Shown in pieces: positions 28,574 through 42,047 of a stretch of 64,000 nt of DNA. Every line of letters begins with the position of its first letter. The stretch's first letter is position 1. The translations under genes were made by a program, and so were the position numbers. The stretch comes from Auanema rhodensis (taxonomy: Eukaryota; Animalia; Nematoda). The DNA is taken from contig OZ059899.1 of assembly GCA_964057225.1 (NCBI GenBank), forward strand, positions 13,764,001 to 13,828,000, given 5' to 3'. The notes under the pieces were generated by a model. That model saw only the letters and a list, made by a program, of their open reading frames with translations. It searched no databases and was not told the DNA's origin.

Positions 28574-29175
28574 CACAGTGTTGGTGCAAACAATCTACCT
28601 GTGCCGTCCTTCTCTGTCCTTCATACTTATCCTCATTCATCCCCAACTACAATCGTCGATTCCTCTTCGTTTTCCTCTTTACGTCGAAGCCAGATATACC
28701 TCCTCTTTCAAACGAGAAAAGCACAGTCATCTCACAAGCTCATTTTTTCTCCAAAAAAATATTTTTTTCCTCAAAATAGTTTGTATAATATATGATTATC
28801 AAGCTATATAATTTATATTTGTTGTATTGAATAGAGTTCCAGGCCAAATTGTTAAATCTCCAAAAATCCGTTGATCTCTCCGTATATCTTTCTATCTATC
28901 TCTCACATTCTCATCAATCGTTTTTCAAATATAATCCTCTATTGTTCATCAAAACAATAAGTAGTGTGAATTACCATGTTATACCTGATAGTCACAAAAA
29001 TTTTTTTTTAACTTTTGTTTTAAATTTTGATCTCTTTTTTAATTTTTTTTTTATGTTATTCAAGTTCATCTAATCAGAATTTATTTTTTTTAGGATAAGT
29101 TTTATAAAACTGAATTTATAGTAATAAGGCAATCGGAAATCACTAGTTAAGTTGCAAAAGAAGAAGAACGACAAC

Positions 29176-30087
<912 letters not shown>

Positions 30088-30554
30088 ATTTCTGATGATT
30101 TAATATAGTTAATTGGAAAAAATATTAACTGCCATAGACATTGTGTATTATATCAACACAATTGAATATGAAATCGAAATTTTATGTCTTTTTTTCAATA
30201 CCATATGATGTTTATTCATAAACAAAATGTAAAATTTAATAATGACAGTTCAGAATTATGCAGTATTGACAGCAACAATTATGCGAAAAAATCGATTATT
30301 ATGGAAGTATTATACTGGGACAAGGCAATTGACATGAAAACATTGTACATCTAAGATATAATATAGAAAAATATTATAGTAAAATCTATTGACTCTACTA
30401 CAGTGACCTACGAAACCCAAAGTTAGTACCTCGGACTTGAACACCTGGTTCTATGTTTTAGCTTAATTATGATTCGCGTAATTATGTTATATGTTATAAA
30501 ATATCAGAAACGAGTATGACAAGAGTAGGTTAGTTGACAAGAATACGTAAAAGC

Positions 30555-31045
30555 TCACACACGAGAATATCGGCCAAGATGAATTTTACAAGCTGGGCAA
30601 GAATGGATAACGTCCAGGCATTTATCAACGAAAAATGGAATGCAGCAGAAGCACCAGGGAATACATAGCAAGAAAAATCCCAGAATTACGCATGCTCCGA
30701 GCACAAGCCAGGGCAACAGCCCGGCTACACGTTCAATATGTGTAACGATATGAGCCTTGAATATACTCACGTTATTTCATTTGTTTAAAATATAAATTAT
30801 TTAAAACTAACATGGCAGAATGGGCAGTCAAGTTCAACGGGAACAGGACCATATACAGAAGTACGAGCTGTGATAAACATTGGAGGATTTGCATGTCTCT
30901 GAAATTATAAGATAATATAAATAATAATAGATTGAATTCATACTTGAGAGTGTCCACATTGAGCTGGTGGAACTTCTGTTATTATCGTTGGTACATCTGT
31001 GAAGGAAGGTGGTGGTCCTTGATTTTCAACTGGTTTACCTTCCAT
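30555..31045 (-). CDS. LITAF-domain protein (3 exons)
   Basis: MEGKPVENQGPPPSFTDVP..YGPVPVELDCPFCH..AHIVTHIERVAGLLPWLVLGACVILGFFLLCIPWCFCCIPFFVDKCLDVIHSCPACKIHLGRYSRV*. Confidence 0.93.
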
Positions 31046-31497
31046 TACCTGAAATTAAACCGTGTTTTCAAAACATGTTATATTATTATCAATCTCACGA
31101 ATATACATTAATAGAACATTAAATTTCGAAATTAAAAATTAAAGAACGAATATTGATAGTAATATATTTTAAAAAATATAAGGTGCTATTCTTTGAATTT
31201 CATAATAAAAATAGGGTTGTAAATTCGCAATAAGGATGTAGCCCCAGGTATAATAGCGACTAATTAATCCAATTTCCTCAGTTAATTAAAATATAATAAG
31301 CTGTGAATATACAAAAATATCCCTGAGTCATGCCGAAAACAGAAAAAACTTGGACAATTAAGTTGTGATCATAATACGCAATATGTCGTTTCGTCCAAGT
31401 TCTAATTCTTTTCATCTTGTATACTCTGTACAACTATTACTTTCTAAATTAATATATTCAACTGTTTCTGTAGCATAATTACTTGTTGTATTCAGAA

Positions 31498-32460
31498 ATG
31501 AAGATCAACGTGTCTATGGGACCTCTTTCTTGCCAATTGAATGTTATCGATGGTGATGAGGCTCTTCAAACTTTAGGAGAGCTAAGAAAGACCATTGGAG
31601 ACAAAGGAAACTTCGATTCTTCTGCTATAAAAATAATTCATCGAGGTAATATCTTATTCATCGTTAATATCAAACGTCCATTTGTCAGGTAAAACACTGA
31701 ACGGTAAAGATGATTTGAGTCTAATCGATTTAAAATTCGCCGAAAATGATAAATTGATAGTTATGGGTAAGCCAAAGTCTGCTATGAAGGTAATTTGTTT
31801 CGTAATTTTCTTGTGCCATTCTCAGTGTTTAGACCGATTCTGGATTCGCAGCATTAAATAAATATGAGAAAGACCATCTTGTTGGCCTTCAGCAACAACT
31901 TTCTGAAATAAGTAAAGATTTGGGAGAGTTAGAAAAGAATTTTCTTGATGGTCTGTTTCGAAAATGTTGAGTTTTGAATTTGAGAATATTTACAGAAATT
32001 AAATCAAGAGAAATGGTTAAGAAAATGGATAAACGCTTAAAGATGTTTACTGAAGTATCTCTTAGACATCTGGAGGCTTTAGATGGAATGTCCATTATAA
32101 CTCCAGAAACCTCAGCTGATCAGGTAATACTTAGGGAATACATCTACTGTTCCTAGTCTGTAAGAGAACATTTTCTGTCTTGAAATGTCTTACCTTTATA
32201 TCTAGTTACGAAGTAGCACAGCAGATGCAACCGCACTTCAATGCTGCGTGACCAACAATGATGTTCACGTAAACTTTCACCACATCATGACATTTTGGGA
32301 ATGCCATCCATCGCAATTTTAACTATTACAGGCTGTATTGAACCGTGAGAAGAGAAAGTCTTTGGTTGTAGGCATTCAAAATCTTTTGAACCTGAATGAT
32401 AAGAATGTACGTCGATTAGAAGAGTTCTTGAGGACACTGGATGAAAAAGCCCAAGAATAA
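31498..32460 (+). CDS. bag-1: BAG-1 Hsp70 co-chaperone (ubiquitin-like + BAG domain)
   Basis: UBL: IKIIHRG|KTL..DKLIVMG. BAG: KKMDKRLKMFTEVSLRHLEALDGM..|NREKRKSLVVGIQNLLNLND. Confidence 0.92.
32144..32295 (+). ncRNA. Candidate intronic box H/ACA snoRNA in the last bag-1 intron
   Basis: Hairpin (CTACT/AGTAG, GTAAGA/TCTTAC, ACATTT/AAATGT), H box ACAGCA at 32218-32223, second hairpin (GATG/CATC, CGTGA/TCACG), ACA at 32290-32292, inside an unusually long 208-nt intron. Confidence 0.4.
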
Positions 32461-32932
32461 TTGAGCAAAACGTTTTAGAATATGATTCGCTTGACCGATC
32501 TCTTTTGTGATATTCGTTTAGAACACACAATTTCATATATCCTTTTCTAGTTTTAGGAATTAACTAGCTTTTTTTTATTTCTTGTATTATATGTGCAAAT
32601 TGTGAGAGATCTTGAGAAATTAACAATAAACTATATCGCTTATTACTTTTTTTTATTTGAAATATTGATCAACTTGAACGAATCATGATCTCTTATTGGT
32701 ATTTCTAGATCTAATGGCGGCTAATCTATGCTCTATAGAATTCATAACTGGCTAAAAACAAAATGCTAACAAAGCAATAATAGCTGAATATCTATTGCAT
32801 ATTCTCACAGGTTACGGACACAATTCGAAAGTCACATTATTGTATAGAAGTATTTGACTATTGATTCTAATTTTCCGGCTTGATATATACAATCATATTC
32901 TTGATTTCCAGTTTCGGACTTGGAACACACTT

Positions 32933-34929
32933 ATGCTTCTCTTGGGCTTACTATATTTGGTAGATATTGCTATCGGACTATCAGCTATATGTTTCGGATC
33001 CATAAACATTAGACTGCCAGTACGATATTTGTACATTCAAATACAAGAAAACAATCAAAACTCTACCAGTTCCATAGGTAAACTGGATTATACCATTCAA
33101 GGAAATGATTGTCGGTCAGCTTATTTTCTTTATCTTTTTTAATATTTCGAAAATTCAGATTTAATTCTGAATTAATAGATCGCGAAGACGGCAGTTATGT
33201 CCTTCGATTTCGAGAATTGAACTTTTGTGAAAATATCCAGCTCGACCTAAGCTTCAAAGGAATACAGCTGTGCTCATCGCCCATGATCATCCAAAATGGT
33301 TTAATATTTTTATTGAATTTCATATATGGTTCAACTTAAGATGTAAAAGACGGATGTAATTGCCCGCTTGAGCACAATGACTGGATCGCAAAAGCCAAGT
33401 GTGATAAGGAGGATCAGGTTATGTTGTACATTGTATTATTTGACCAAAAAATGTTATAGATTGAAGAATCATTAAAATCTTTTCAATCTATCAACTTTAC
33501 TAAAGTTCTTGAGCGCAGCCAAAGTCTTTGGGGACAACCAATGCATGCTAGAGCTTTTGCCTTTTGCCATTATCAAATCATATCAAATCAGGCAAGATAA
33601 GAAGCTTTCTGAACACCTAGTAATTTTCCCAGATATACCGAAAATGCTATGGAGAATATGTGGGTTTTCATACTTTTGTGGATAAAGCACTTGCTTCCAT
33701 CCTCTCTATCACCGACTTACCTAATACTGAATTCATATTCAACTTAGGAGATTATCCTTTAGCAAGCAAAGATTTGGAGGATGTAACGAATAGAGATACT
33801 AACGGTTGAAAGTTTAACTAACTTATTCAGAAAATACCTGTAATCAGTTGGTGTGGCTCAAAAGATTACAATGATTTAGTTGTTCCGACATATTTTCTTG
33901 CTGAGTATCATATCAATCAAAACATCCAAAGTAACTCTATTCACTCAATAGGAGTTCCCAGTATTAACTGGCTCAACAAATCTTCAAAAGTGGTCTTTCG
34001 TGGAAGAGATTCCAATCAAGTTTTACTTTAAATGACCAACTGAAAACAAATGTTTAATTTTAAGCTTCGTATTGAATTGGCAAGCAAGTCATTAAAACAG
34101 CCGGATATATTAGATGTTGGCATAACTACGTACTTCTTTTACCATGACGACTCAAATCCGCCAACTAAAACGAGAATAGAATTCAATGATTTTTTTAAAG
34201 CAAGTTCAATCAATATTTTCCTACTTGCACGACGTTCTGTTTCAGTTTCGATACATTTTATCCATAGATGGAACTGTAGCAGCTTATAGACTTCCTCTTC
34301 TCTTAGCGGGCAATTCCATAATATTGAAATCAGATTCAAAATATTTTGAGCATTTTTATTCAAAACTTACACCTTTCAAGCATTATGTTCCATTCAATTC
34401 TAAAAATTTTGACAACGTTATATCAACACTTCGCTCTTTAGATCATGAGAAGGTAAGTCAGTTGACTACAGCAAATAAGTTGAAAGAATCTTTCAGATTT
34501 TGAAAGAAATGAAACAATTCAACATTGATCATTTGCAGAGTAAAAACTTTTATTGTTACTACATCCAGCTGTTGAAGGTAAGAGAAATTCAAACATTTCG
34601 ATACAAAATAAGAAAAAATACGATAACGATGGAAATGATTAGAAATTTTGAATGACAACAATAAGAACAATAACTCAGAACCCATTATGCTTAATGAAAA
34701 AATAAATAATACCTTCGATTCGAAAGTATAGTCCCCGGTTTAACCCAGCCTTACAAAAGGAAAGAATTGGCAAAAAGAAAAGATGCCCACTAAATACAGA
34801 AACAAACTTTTATGATTACAGGAATATACTGCAAAGCTGGAACATCCTCCAAAAAAGCCATCGCACGGATTGGAGCTACTGACAAGTACTAAAGTCTGCA
34901 AATGCAAATATAAGAAATCAGAGTTATGA
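32933..34929 (+). CDS. POGLUT2: Protein O-glucosyltransferase 2/3 (KDELC; filamin-Ig + CAP10/GT90 domain)
   Basis: Signal peptide; LPVRYLYIQ, DREDGSYVLRFR, FCHYQI, EFIFNLGDYPL, PVISWCGS, VFRGRDS, ILSIDGTVAAYRLPLLLAGNS, YFEHFY, HYVP; C-terminal KSEL ER-retention-like signal. POGLUT2 and POGLUT3 cannot be distinguished. Confidence 0.9.
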
Positions 34930-34959
34930 TGATGTTCCATTACCTCAGCTACTATTGTT

Positions 34960-35906
34960 TTAATATCTTGATCTCTTATCAGAAAAAAAAGATCGGAGCA
35001 GTAATACCTGAATTATGTACAATTTATTGGCAAGAATAAGTAATAAAAACATAAAACTTTGAAAACTATAACAATAAGATTAACAAATACAGGCACTATT
35101 CACATAATACTTCAATCATATCTTCTATATACAGTACCTGAGCAATTCCAAGCAATACAATTACGGCAGTTTGTCCCAAACTCCAAAGTAAAACTCTTTC
35201 GTTTAATTGTTCAGCACGTTTACGGCCAGTAGCTTCACGAAGACGGTGATGTGTTTGGTAATCATCAACCTACAATTCTTTTAAGTTAACCGTCAATATT
35301 GAATCAGTTAACTTACCGCACGCAACTTATCTCCGATTGATACCACAGACCCTTCGATAAGGCTGACAGCACTATTTCCAGAAGCAAGCGGCTTCACATT
35401 AGATTTGTCTCCGGCCTAAAAGTTGAGAATTAAAAATTAAAACCACAAAAAATTAAACCTGCCAGTCCATGTATACAATCTTATGGGAGAAGGTGGAAAA
35501 TTCATTAGAGAAACAAGCCTTATAGGTTCCTTCTGTCTGAATAATAAAAGAGTAAACTCATCTAAACTATTTAAAAAACCTGTGATTTCCAATTAAAACT
35601 GTCATATTGTTTTTTAATATCTTTGTAAAGAACATTTCCAGAAGGATCTTCAAGAGTCATATCAACATCATATTGACCCCCAGTTACAACCTAAAGGATA
35701 AGCATTGTTGTATCATAAAGTTTAAAAAAAGAGCTAAACAAGATAATAAACCATATGAAAATAATAAAACTAACTTGAAATTCGATGATGTTATCAACTC
35801 CAGCTTTGATATCCTCATAAAAACATTGTACAGAATTATCGGGTAATTCAAAGGTTAGTTCAATCGCGCTGACAGAACATATAAGGGCTAGAAGTACTAC
35901 ATACAT
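34960..35906 (-). CDS. tmed-3: p24/TMED cargo receptor (TMED3/7, gamma subfamily)
   Basis: [35 protein letters not shown]|[58 protein letters not shown]|[15 protein letters not shown]. Confidence 0.93.
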
Positions 35907-36317
35907 CTGAAATTCAATAATTTTAAATAATAGTTAAATACTGAATTTATTTTTAAAAAATGCATCAAAATTATGTTTGTCTTTTGTATATATCATAAAC
36001 ACCGCAAAAGCATTTGATGAGTTGTTTACACAAATTATGTGTCAGCTAATTCAGTTGACGTAAACAAGGTTTGAATTTGTTTTGTTACGGTACTTCGTTT
36101 TCTTGGATTGAATTCAAGCTTAAATAAAGTATTTCTCTAAATTAATATTGATTAATTTATTGTTAATATGCTTCAGCTGTATATAAAACGCGTATTGAAC
36201 GGAGGAAGACATAAAAAAAGCAAATAGGTTTTTTGTAAGTTACTATGGTTTCAAACGAAGAAAAAAGCTCAACCATGTTCCCTAGTTACTCTTATTTCAG
36301 TTAGTGTAGTCATAAGT

Positions 36318-39300
36318 ATGATCACCAGCTTGATTATAATACTCATATTATTTAATCATACTACTTGTCAAGTTTATCGTTGTAAGCAAATCGGAACTGG
36401 TTTTTCTCGAAGAGCATGTGCTCCAACTACGACTACTGTAAAGCCAACTACTACTACCAAAGCTCCAACTACTAAGACGACTACTGTAAAACCAACCACT
36501 AGTACTACTACTAAAGCTCCAACTACTAGTACGACAACTGTAAAACCAACCACTAGTACTACTACTAAAGCTCCAACCACTAGTACTACTACTAAGGCTC
36601 CAACCACTAGTACTACTACTAAAGCTCCAACCACTAGTACTACTACTAAAGCTCCAACTACAAGTACGACTACTGTAAAACCAACTACAAGTACGACTAC
36701 AGCGAAACCAACTACTACTACTACTAAAGCTCCAACTACTAGTACGACTACAAAAAAACCAACAACTAGTACTACCATCAAAGTTCCAACTACTAGTAAT
36801 ACTAGTACAGTATCACCAGCTACTAATACTACTACGGTACCAGCAACTACTAGTACTACTACTGTATCACCAGCTACTAATACTACTACAGTATCACCAA
36901 CTACTAGTAATACTACGGTAACACCAACTACTAGTAATACTATAACAACACCAACTATTAGTACTACTACCAATGCTCGAACAACTACAATATATAAGAA
37001 ACATCCTCACAAAACAAAATCTACAAAGCAAAATAATTTAATAACTTCTTCACCTCCTGATAACTCAACAGATCAAACCTACGACTATGTTGAACTATCG
37101 ACAGAAGAAGTCAACAGTACTGAAGAATTAACTGAGCACTGGTCAACGAACACGGAAAATCCTGAATGGAAAAATAGTGATGAAACAGCATTTAGCGAAG
37201 TTACAAGTAGTGAAGATACAAGTACTGCTTTCAATACCGCTACTACCCAACTTGATGAGACAACTACTGTAGGACAACACTCAACAACTATTCATACATT
37301 ATCTGAACCACCAACTTCTGCTAGGAACAAATCTACAAGTAAAACAATAATTCCAGAGCATTCAAGGCCAACGGTGAAAAACACATTATCTCAAAAGAAT
37401 ACCACTCTCTCTTCGTCTACAACCCCTGAAGTGAATGCAAGTTCGACCTCGCCAAGAAGATATCCTTCTACAAGCGAAAAGACCAGCACATCTACTACAA
37501 CCACTATAAACGATTCAACGGAAACTGGAACTGTTACTCCTCATCAGTTAACAAAAGGTGAGAATATTTCAACAACAACGGAAAACACAACGGAAGAAAC
37601 AACAACAATAACAGAAAATGCAGCAGAAGAAGCATCAACGACAACAGATGAAACATCAACAGTAACTGAAAACGCAGAAGAAGAAATATCAACGACAACA
37701 GAAAATACAGCAGAAGAAGCATCAACGACAACAGAAAATACAACAGATGAAACATCAACAGTAACTGAAAACGCAGAAGAAGAAACATCAACAACAACAA
37801 CAACAGAAAATACAACATTAACCGGAGGATCTATATCGACAGCCAACTCTACAGTTATAACAACATCAACAGGAGCAATATCTACAACATCAGAAACACC
37901 AACACCAGCACCGAGAATGTCAACAAAGCCAACTAAAGATATACCATTATCTAATACGGACGAAGTTACTACAAGTTATAGTACAAGAATATCACCATCA
38001 GTCTCGAATACAAATAAAACAAAACCATCTTCCATTAACTCTACAACACAATCAGCAGGTATAAAATAAAATAAAATAATATTCGATATTTTGATTCAAT
38101 TTAGTTGATGAAACCACAACTTTTACAAGTACTGATGACATTTCCACTTCTTCTCCGATAGTGAGCACCACCAAACGTACTACAACAGGTAAATCATTAT
38201 GATTATGCTGATGAGTTCAAATATCTCACGTAAGATTTTTCATTTTTGCATACAACTTCACGTTATTCGGTTGTTCATGAAATCAAAAGTCTTACTATTT
38301 CAATTTAATTATTTTAGAACCACCTTCTGAATGTTTATTACCATGTTTGGATGGATATCACGAAGGAGCAGAATTCTGTTATATCGAAGGTTTAATATGA
38401 TCAAGAAGTACTGTTGTTTAAAAAAATGTATTTTAGTTCCAGCCAAGAATATTCGAAAGTATACTCTTGCTTTAGCTTATTGCCATCAGATTCCTGATGC
38501 TGATATGATAGATGAATATGATATTATGCGCAATGTGAATCTTTTTAAAAAACTAAAGTAAAACTTTTCTTCAAATTTGCTAATTTAAAATTATTTTTTT
38601 AAGCGATCTACTTGGGCATAAATTATATTTTCTCAATGAATATGGATCAAAAAGTATAAAACAGGATAAAATGTACGAATTTATAAATATATAATAGTTA
38701 TAAAAACTATAAAAACTTTTCTGTTTAGAGTACGTCTCGTTGATTTCAATGAAGCTACACGATTCTATGTGCCTGTTAATAAAACTGTTTCCATAGATGC
38801 GGAAATTTCAAATGTTAATGCCATTTGTCGTAAGCCAAGTATTATATTATTATATTTAATCATTTGAATCATTATCATTTCAAGAACATTGTGAAAAGCC
38901 AACTTGTCGTTTATCAACATATTATGCTGATTTAAAAGATATTTTGAACGTCGGAGATAATATTATCTTGAAAGCTGGTGAAGATAGAACTTTGAATTGC
39001 AAAGAGCCAAGTACTGATACTATTAATGCTTACTGTGGAAGTAGAGGACAAATTGTACCGCATTCTTCACTTGTTGTATGCAATGTGCCATTGGGTAAGA
39101 TCGGTCTCGGCTCTTCAAAATATATTCATTCACTGTTTTTAGATGAAGGAAATGAAACAGAAGTAGTTCTACCTGATAATCAAAATATTCGTAAAAGCTG
39201 TGACGATTGTTTTGACGGTGGGACTGCTAGTTGTGAAGCAGAAGATGACGGTTATGTATGCAATTGTAAAACTGGCTGGACAGTAAGCTCCAAATCATCT

Positions 39301-42047
39301 TCTGTCTTTAAAATATTTTCACTTATTGCCAGAAGTTCACATGCTGGAAAGCTCCAAATTTTTGTACCAAAGATTCATGTGAACATGGTGAATGCGTAAG
39401 TTTGATTGATAAGGTTCTAAACAGTAAATTGTACTTCTATTGGATTTATTGTTTTCAGTATTCATGTATATGTTATGAAGGATATGGAGGTAGTAGATGT
39501 GAAATTTTAAAAAATAAGCGAGAGTCTGTATGATTTTTTGAAAATTTTCAATAATTATTTTTACTGTTAAGCTATTTTCTACAAACGAATTGATAGCTTT
39601 AGCCAGTGGTGGTGTCACTAGTGCAACTTTTCTTCAAAAATTCATCAAATTCCGCATTGTTTCTGGAGATGTTGGGGAGGTTAGCACCAAATACAGTAAT
39701 ATGACTAATATCGTGATTGTTTCAGGATCCTCAAGAAGTTTACATCGGTCTTCGATCACTAGCATTTACAATAGGAACAACAATGCTATCATTCTTTGGT
39801 CATCCACAAGTAATGAACATTGATCCAGCAGGCTGTCGATTCTATAATTGGTTAACATATTTTTGTTTCTTGTTGTGTAAGTTCAAATATTCATTACAAA
39901 TTATCTTTATTCTTTAATTTAAGGTCAAACTATGATTTTGAATGAAGCTATTAATATGTGTACTACTATGAATGGTATTAATCGTAATGAATGGCAATAT
40001 GATATTAAAAAACAAAAAAAATCATGGCTATCATACAAGGTTTTAAGCTCATATCTATACTAATCATAAAACTCTTGTTTAAGATGCGAATCGGATTACC
40101 ATTCCTATTTACTGCTATTTCTATTTGTTTCATCTTTGCTAGTTCATGGGATCATGTAAGTCCTAGAATGAGATACTCAACTTATTCGTTACTTGTTCAG
40201 ATACCTTCAACATGGACATGTGTAGGAGTTTATACTGAAGGAAGAACATCTATTTGGCTTCCTTACCTTTACTTGAATATCATGTGTTTGGTTGGATCAT
40301 TATGCTTTGCAGAATGTGCTGTTCATATTTTAAAGTAAAATAATTATTCAAAAATGAACAATTTATCTTAATTTTAGACATTCACCAACTGGTTTATTGA
40401 ATTCCTATCATTATTATGATATGATAAATCCCTTATGTGGAGACAAAATTCGAAAAGTATTTTAAAGTTTTACCTAGATTAAACTGTTTTCAAATTATTC
40501 AGGTTGTCAGGAATTTGCCATTTGTGTTCATCAATCCTATATTGATCTTCTTCTATTTCTTATTTTTTTCATTAGATGCACATGATCCAAATAAGTATAT
40601 CTCATGGTATGTAAGCTGCTTAATTTTCTTGAAACAAGAACATTCTTAGGCTATATCTGGTCACCAGTTGCTTATACAATGTCTCAGTTATTGCTCAACT
40701 TATATTGACTTCTCCGGCGGTGATCACATATCATATCTTTATCTCAGAAATCGGTTATATTTCAGGTTTATGATCTTGTTTTGCAATTCTTAATGCGTTT
40801 CTTTTCCTTTTCTTGGTTCCCTTCTCACACTCCTGTTACATTCTTGACGAAAAATGAATTAGAAGAAAGAGCTCGCCATAAGAAATCAGGTAAAATATAA
40901 TTCCATTCAAGTAATTCTTCATTTTATTCGCAGAAGATCTACCTTACAATCATCCCGCTTCTCCTTGCTATATTCCCCAAGAGATAAGACATATTGTGAA
41001 ACGAAGACTAACTATCTCATATATCAAGCATAGACTTGAAGAATCATTAAGTCCCGAAGATGCTGTATATGTATTGAAATCCTATTTTGAGCAACCCAAC
41101 AAAAATCTATTTTAGAAAGTTATTGGCGAGGAAATAAAAAATGATTTTATATTCTCCTCAATACCTGAATCTAAACATATGGAAGATATAGTGAGGACAT
41201 GGGCGAATTCTATGTTAAAGAAAGATACGATTACCCTTGATACTCTGAGAGATCCAACTAAGCTTACAAACGAAAGGGTAAAGAAATCATTTACAATGTC
41301 TCAGAGATTCTTTTTTTCAGTTTCATTGCCGAGCTCTGGAAGCTCTTCGCTATGGAGAGGACTATAAGAGAACGTCAACAGCTACGCACACAAAGGTTTT
41401 TTTCTCTTATGATCTGGAGATCTCAACAAAAATTCAGACTGAACTTCATCATATTTTAAAAGTTTTGAGCTACCGCCCCTTAATCACAGGACCATTCATA
41501 AAGTTACCTTACAACTTAGGAAATCGGCCTTGTCAAATGTATTTTACTTTAAAACCGGCTCCACGCACTAGATACGAAGTTTCTGCTACAGCATTTCCAT
41601 CAAGTTCACAACATATATTTCAGCTTCCATCCATGCGATTAAAATTTGAACAAGCTTTGAGCAAGGCTAGCGAGCCATATGAAGTATTTACACTTTCATT
41701 GCATTTTAAATAAAATATTCCAGTCGAGTAATGATAGCACAAGCCCTGATGAACAGCAGATTGTCGAACCTGAGCCTTTCCTCGATTCATCCCAACCTGG
41801 GTAAACAACTTCAATGAATGTATAAGCGAATGAACATTGCAATTTTTAGATTTATTGGGCCATTAGTTAAATCAGATATCAGAAATATACCGGGTGCAAG
41901 GAAATACTTGGAATTGGAAGCCTTTGAACAGTACTCTCATAAACAATTTGATTCAATTAATTAAAAAATTATAGATATGGTAAAGAAGAGCTAAGTAGAC
42001 TTGAAGATCATGCAGATTATTTTGAAAGCATCAAAATAAATGGCTAA
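36318..42047 (+). CDS. Mucin-stalk / C-type-lectin-like / 2xEGF / family-B-like 7TM receptor with a long cytoplasmic tail (adhesion-GPCR-like, no GPS)
   Basis: Signal peptide; ~600-aa T/S-rich region; CLLPCLDGYHEGAEFCY..ALAYCH; EGF repeats CDDCFDGGTASC..YVCNCKTGWT and CEHGEC..YSCICYEGYGGSRCE; TM segments including GCRFYNWLTYFCFLL..ILNEAINM, IGLPFLFTAI, ECL2 WTCVG, TM7 LYLVTSCLYNVSVIAQLILTSPAV. Confidence 0.75.
36422..36960 (+). repeat. Coding minisatellite of ~27-nt units (KAPTTSTTT / VKPTTSTTT / VSPATNTTT)
   Basis: Tandem aaagctccaaccactagtactactact units. Confidence 0.95.
37560..37815 (+). repeat. Coding minisatellite of acidic Thr-rich units (STTTENTAEEA / STVTENAEEE)
   Basis: Repeated catcaacgacaacagaaaatacagcagaagaa and catcaacagtaactgaaaacgcagaagaagaa. 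Confidence 0.9.

Noticed and set aside
30425-30470. B-box-like GTTCAAGTCC on minus (tRNA or SINE)
   Set aside because: No A box or cloverleaf.
31347-31401. AACTTGGAC/GTCCAAGTT inverted repeat with GGACGAAAC on minus, hammerhead-like
   Set aside because: The CUGANGA catalytic core is absent (reads CTTAATT).
32695-32825. Possible H/ACA RNA between bag-1 and POGLUT (AAAACA, GCAATA/TATTGC stem, ACA)
   Set aside because: The 5' hairpin is weak and the boxes are common in AT-rich DNA.
34737-34759. GGTTTAACCCAGCCTTACAAAAG resembling an SL2 spliced leader, in a POGLUT intron
   Set aside because: Followed by GA rather than a GT donor, and there is no Sm site downstream, so it is not an SL RNA gene; chance match or remnant.
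36374-37846. Minus-strand Val/Leu-rich ORFs (199, 94 and 100 aa)
   Set aside because: Antisense shadows of the Thr-rich mucin repeats.
39190-39505. EGF repeats of the 7TM receptor as substrate for the neighbouring POGLUT2/3
   Set aside because: Neither EGF has the C3-x-N-T-x-G-S-F/Y-x-C4 serine.
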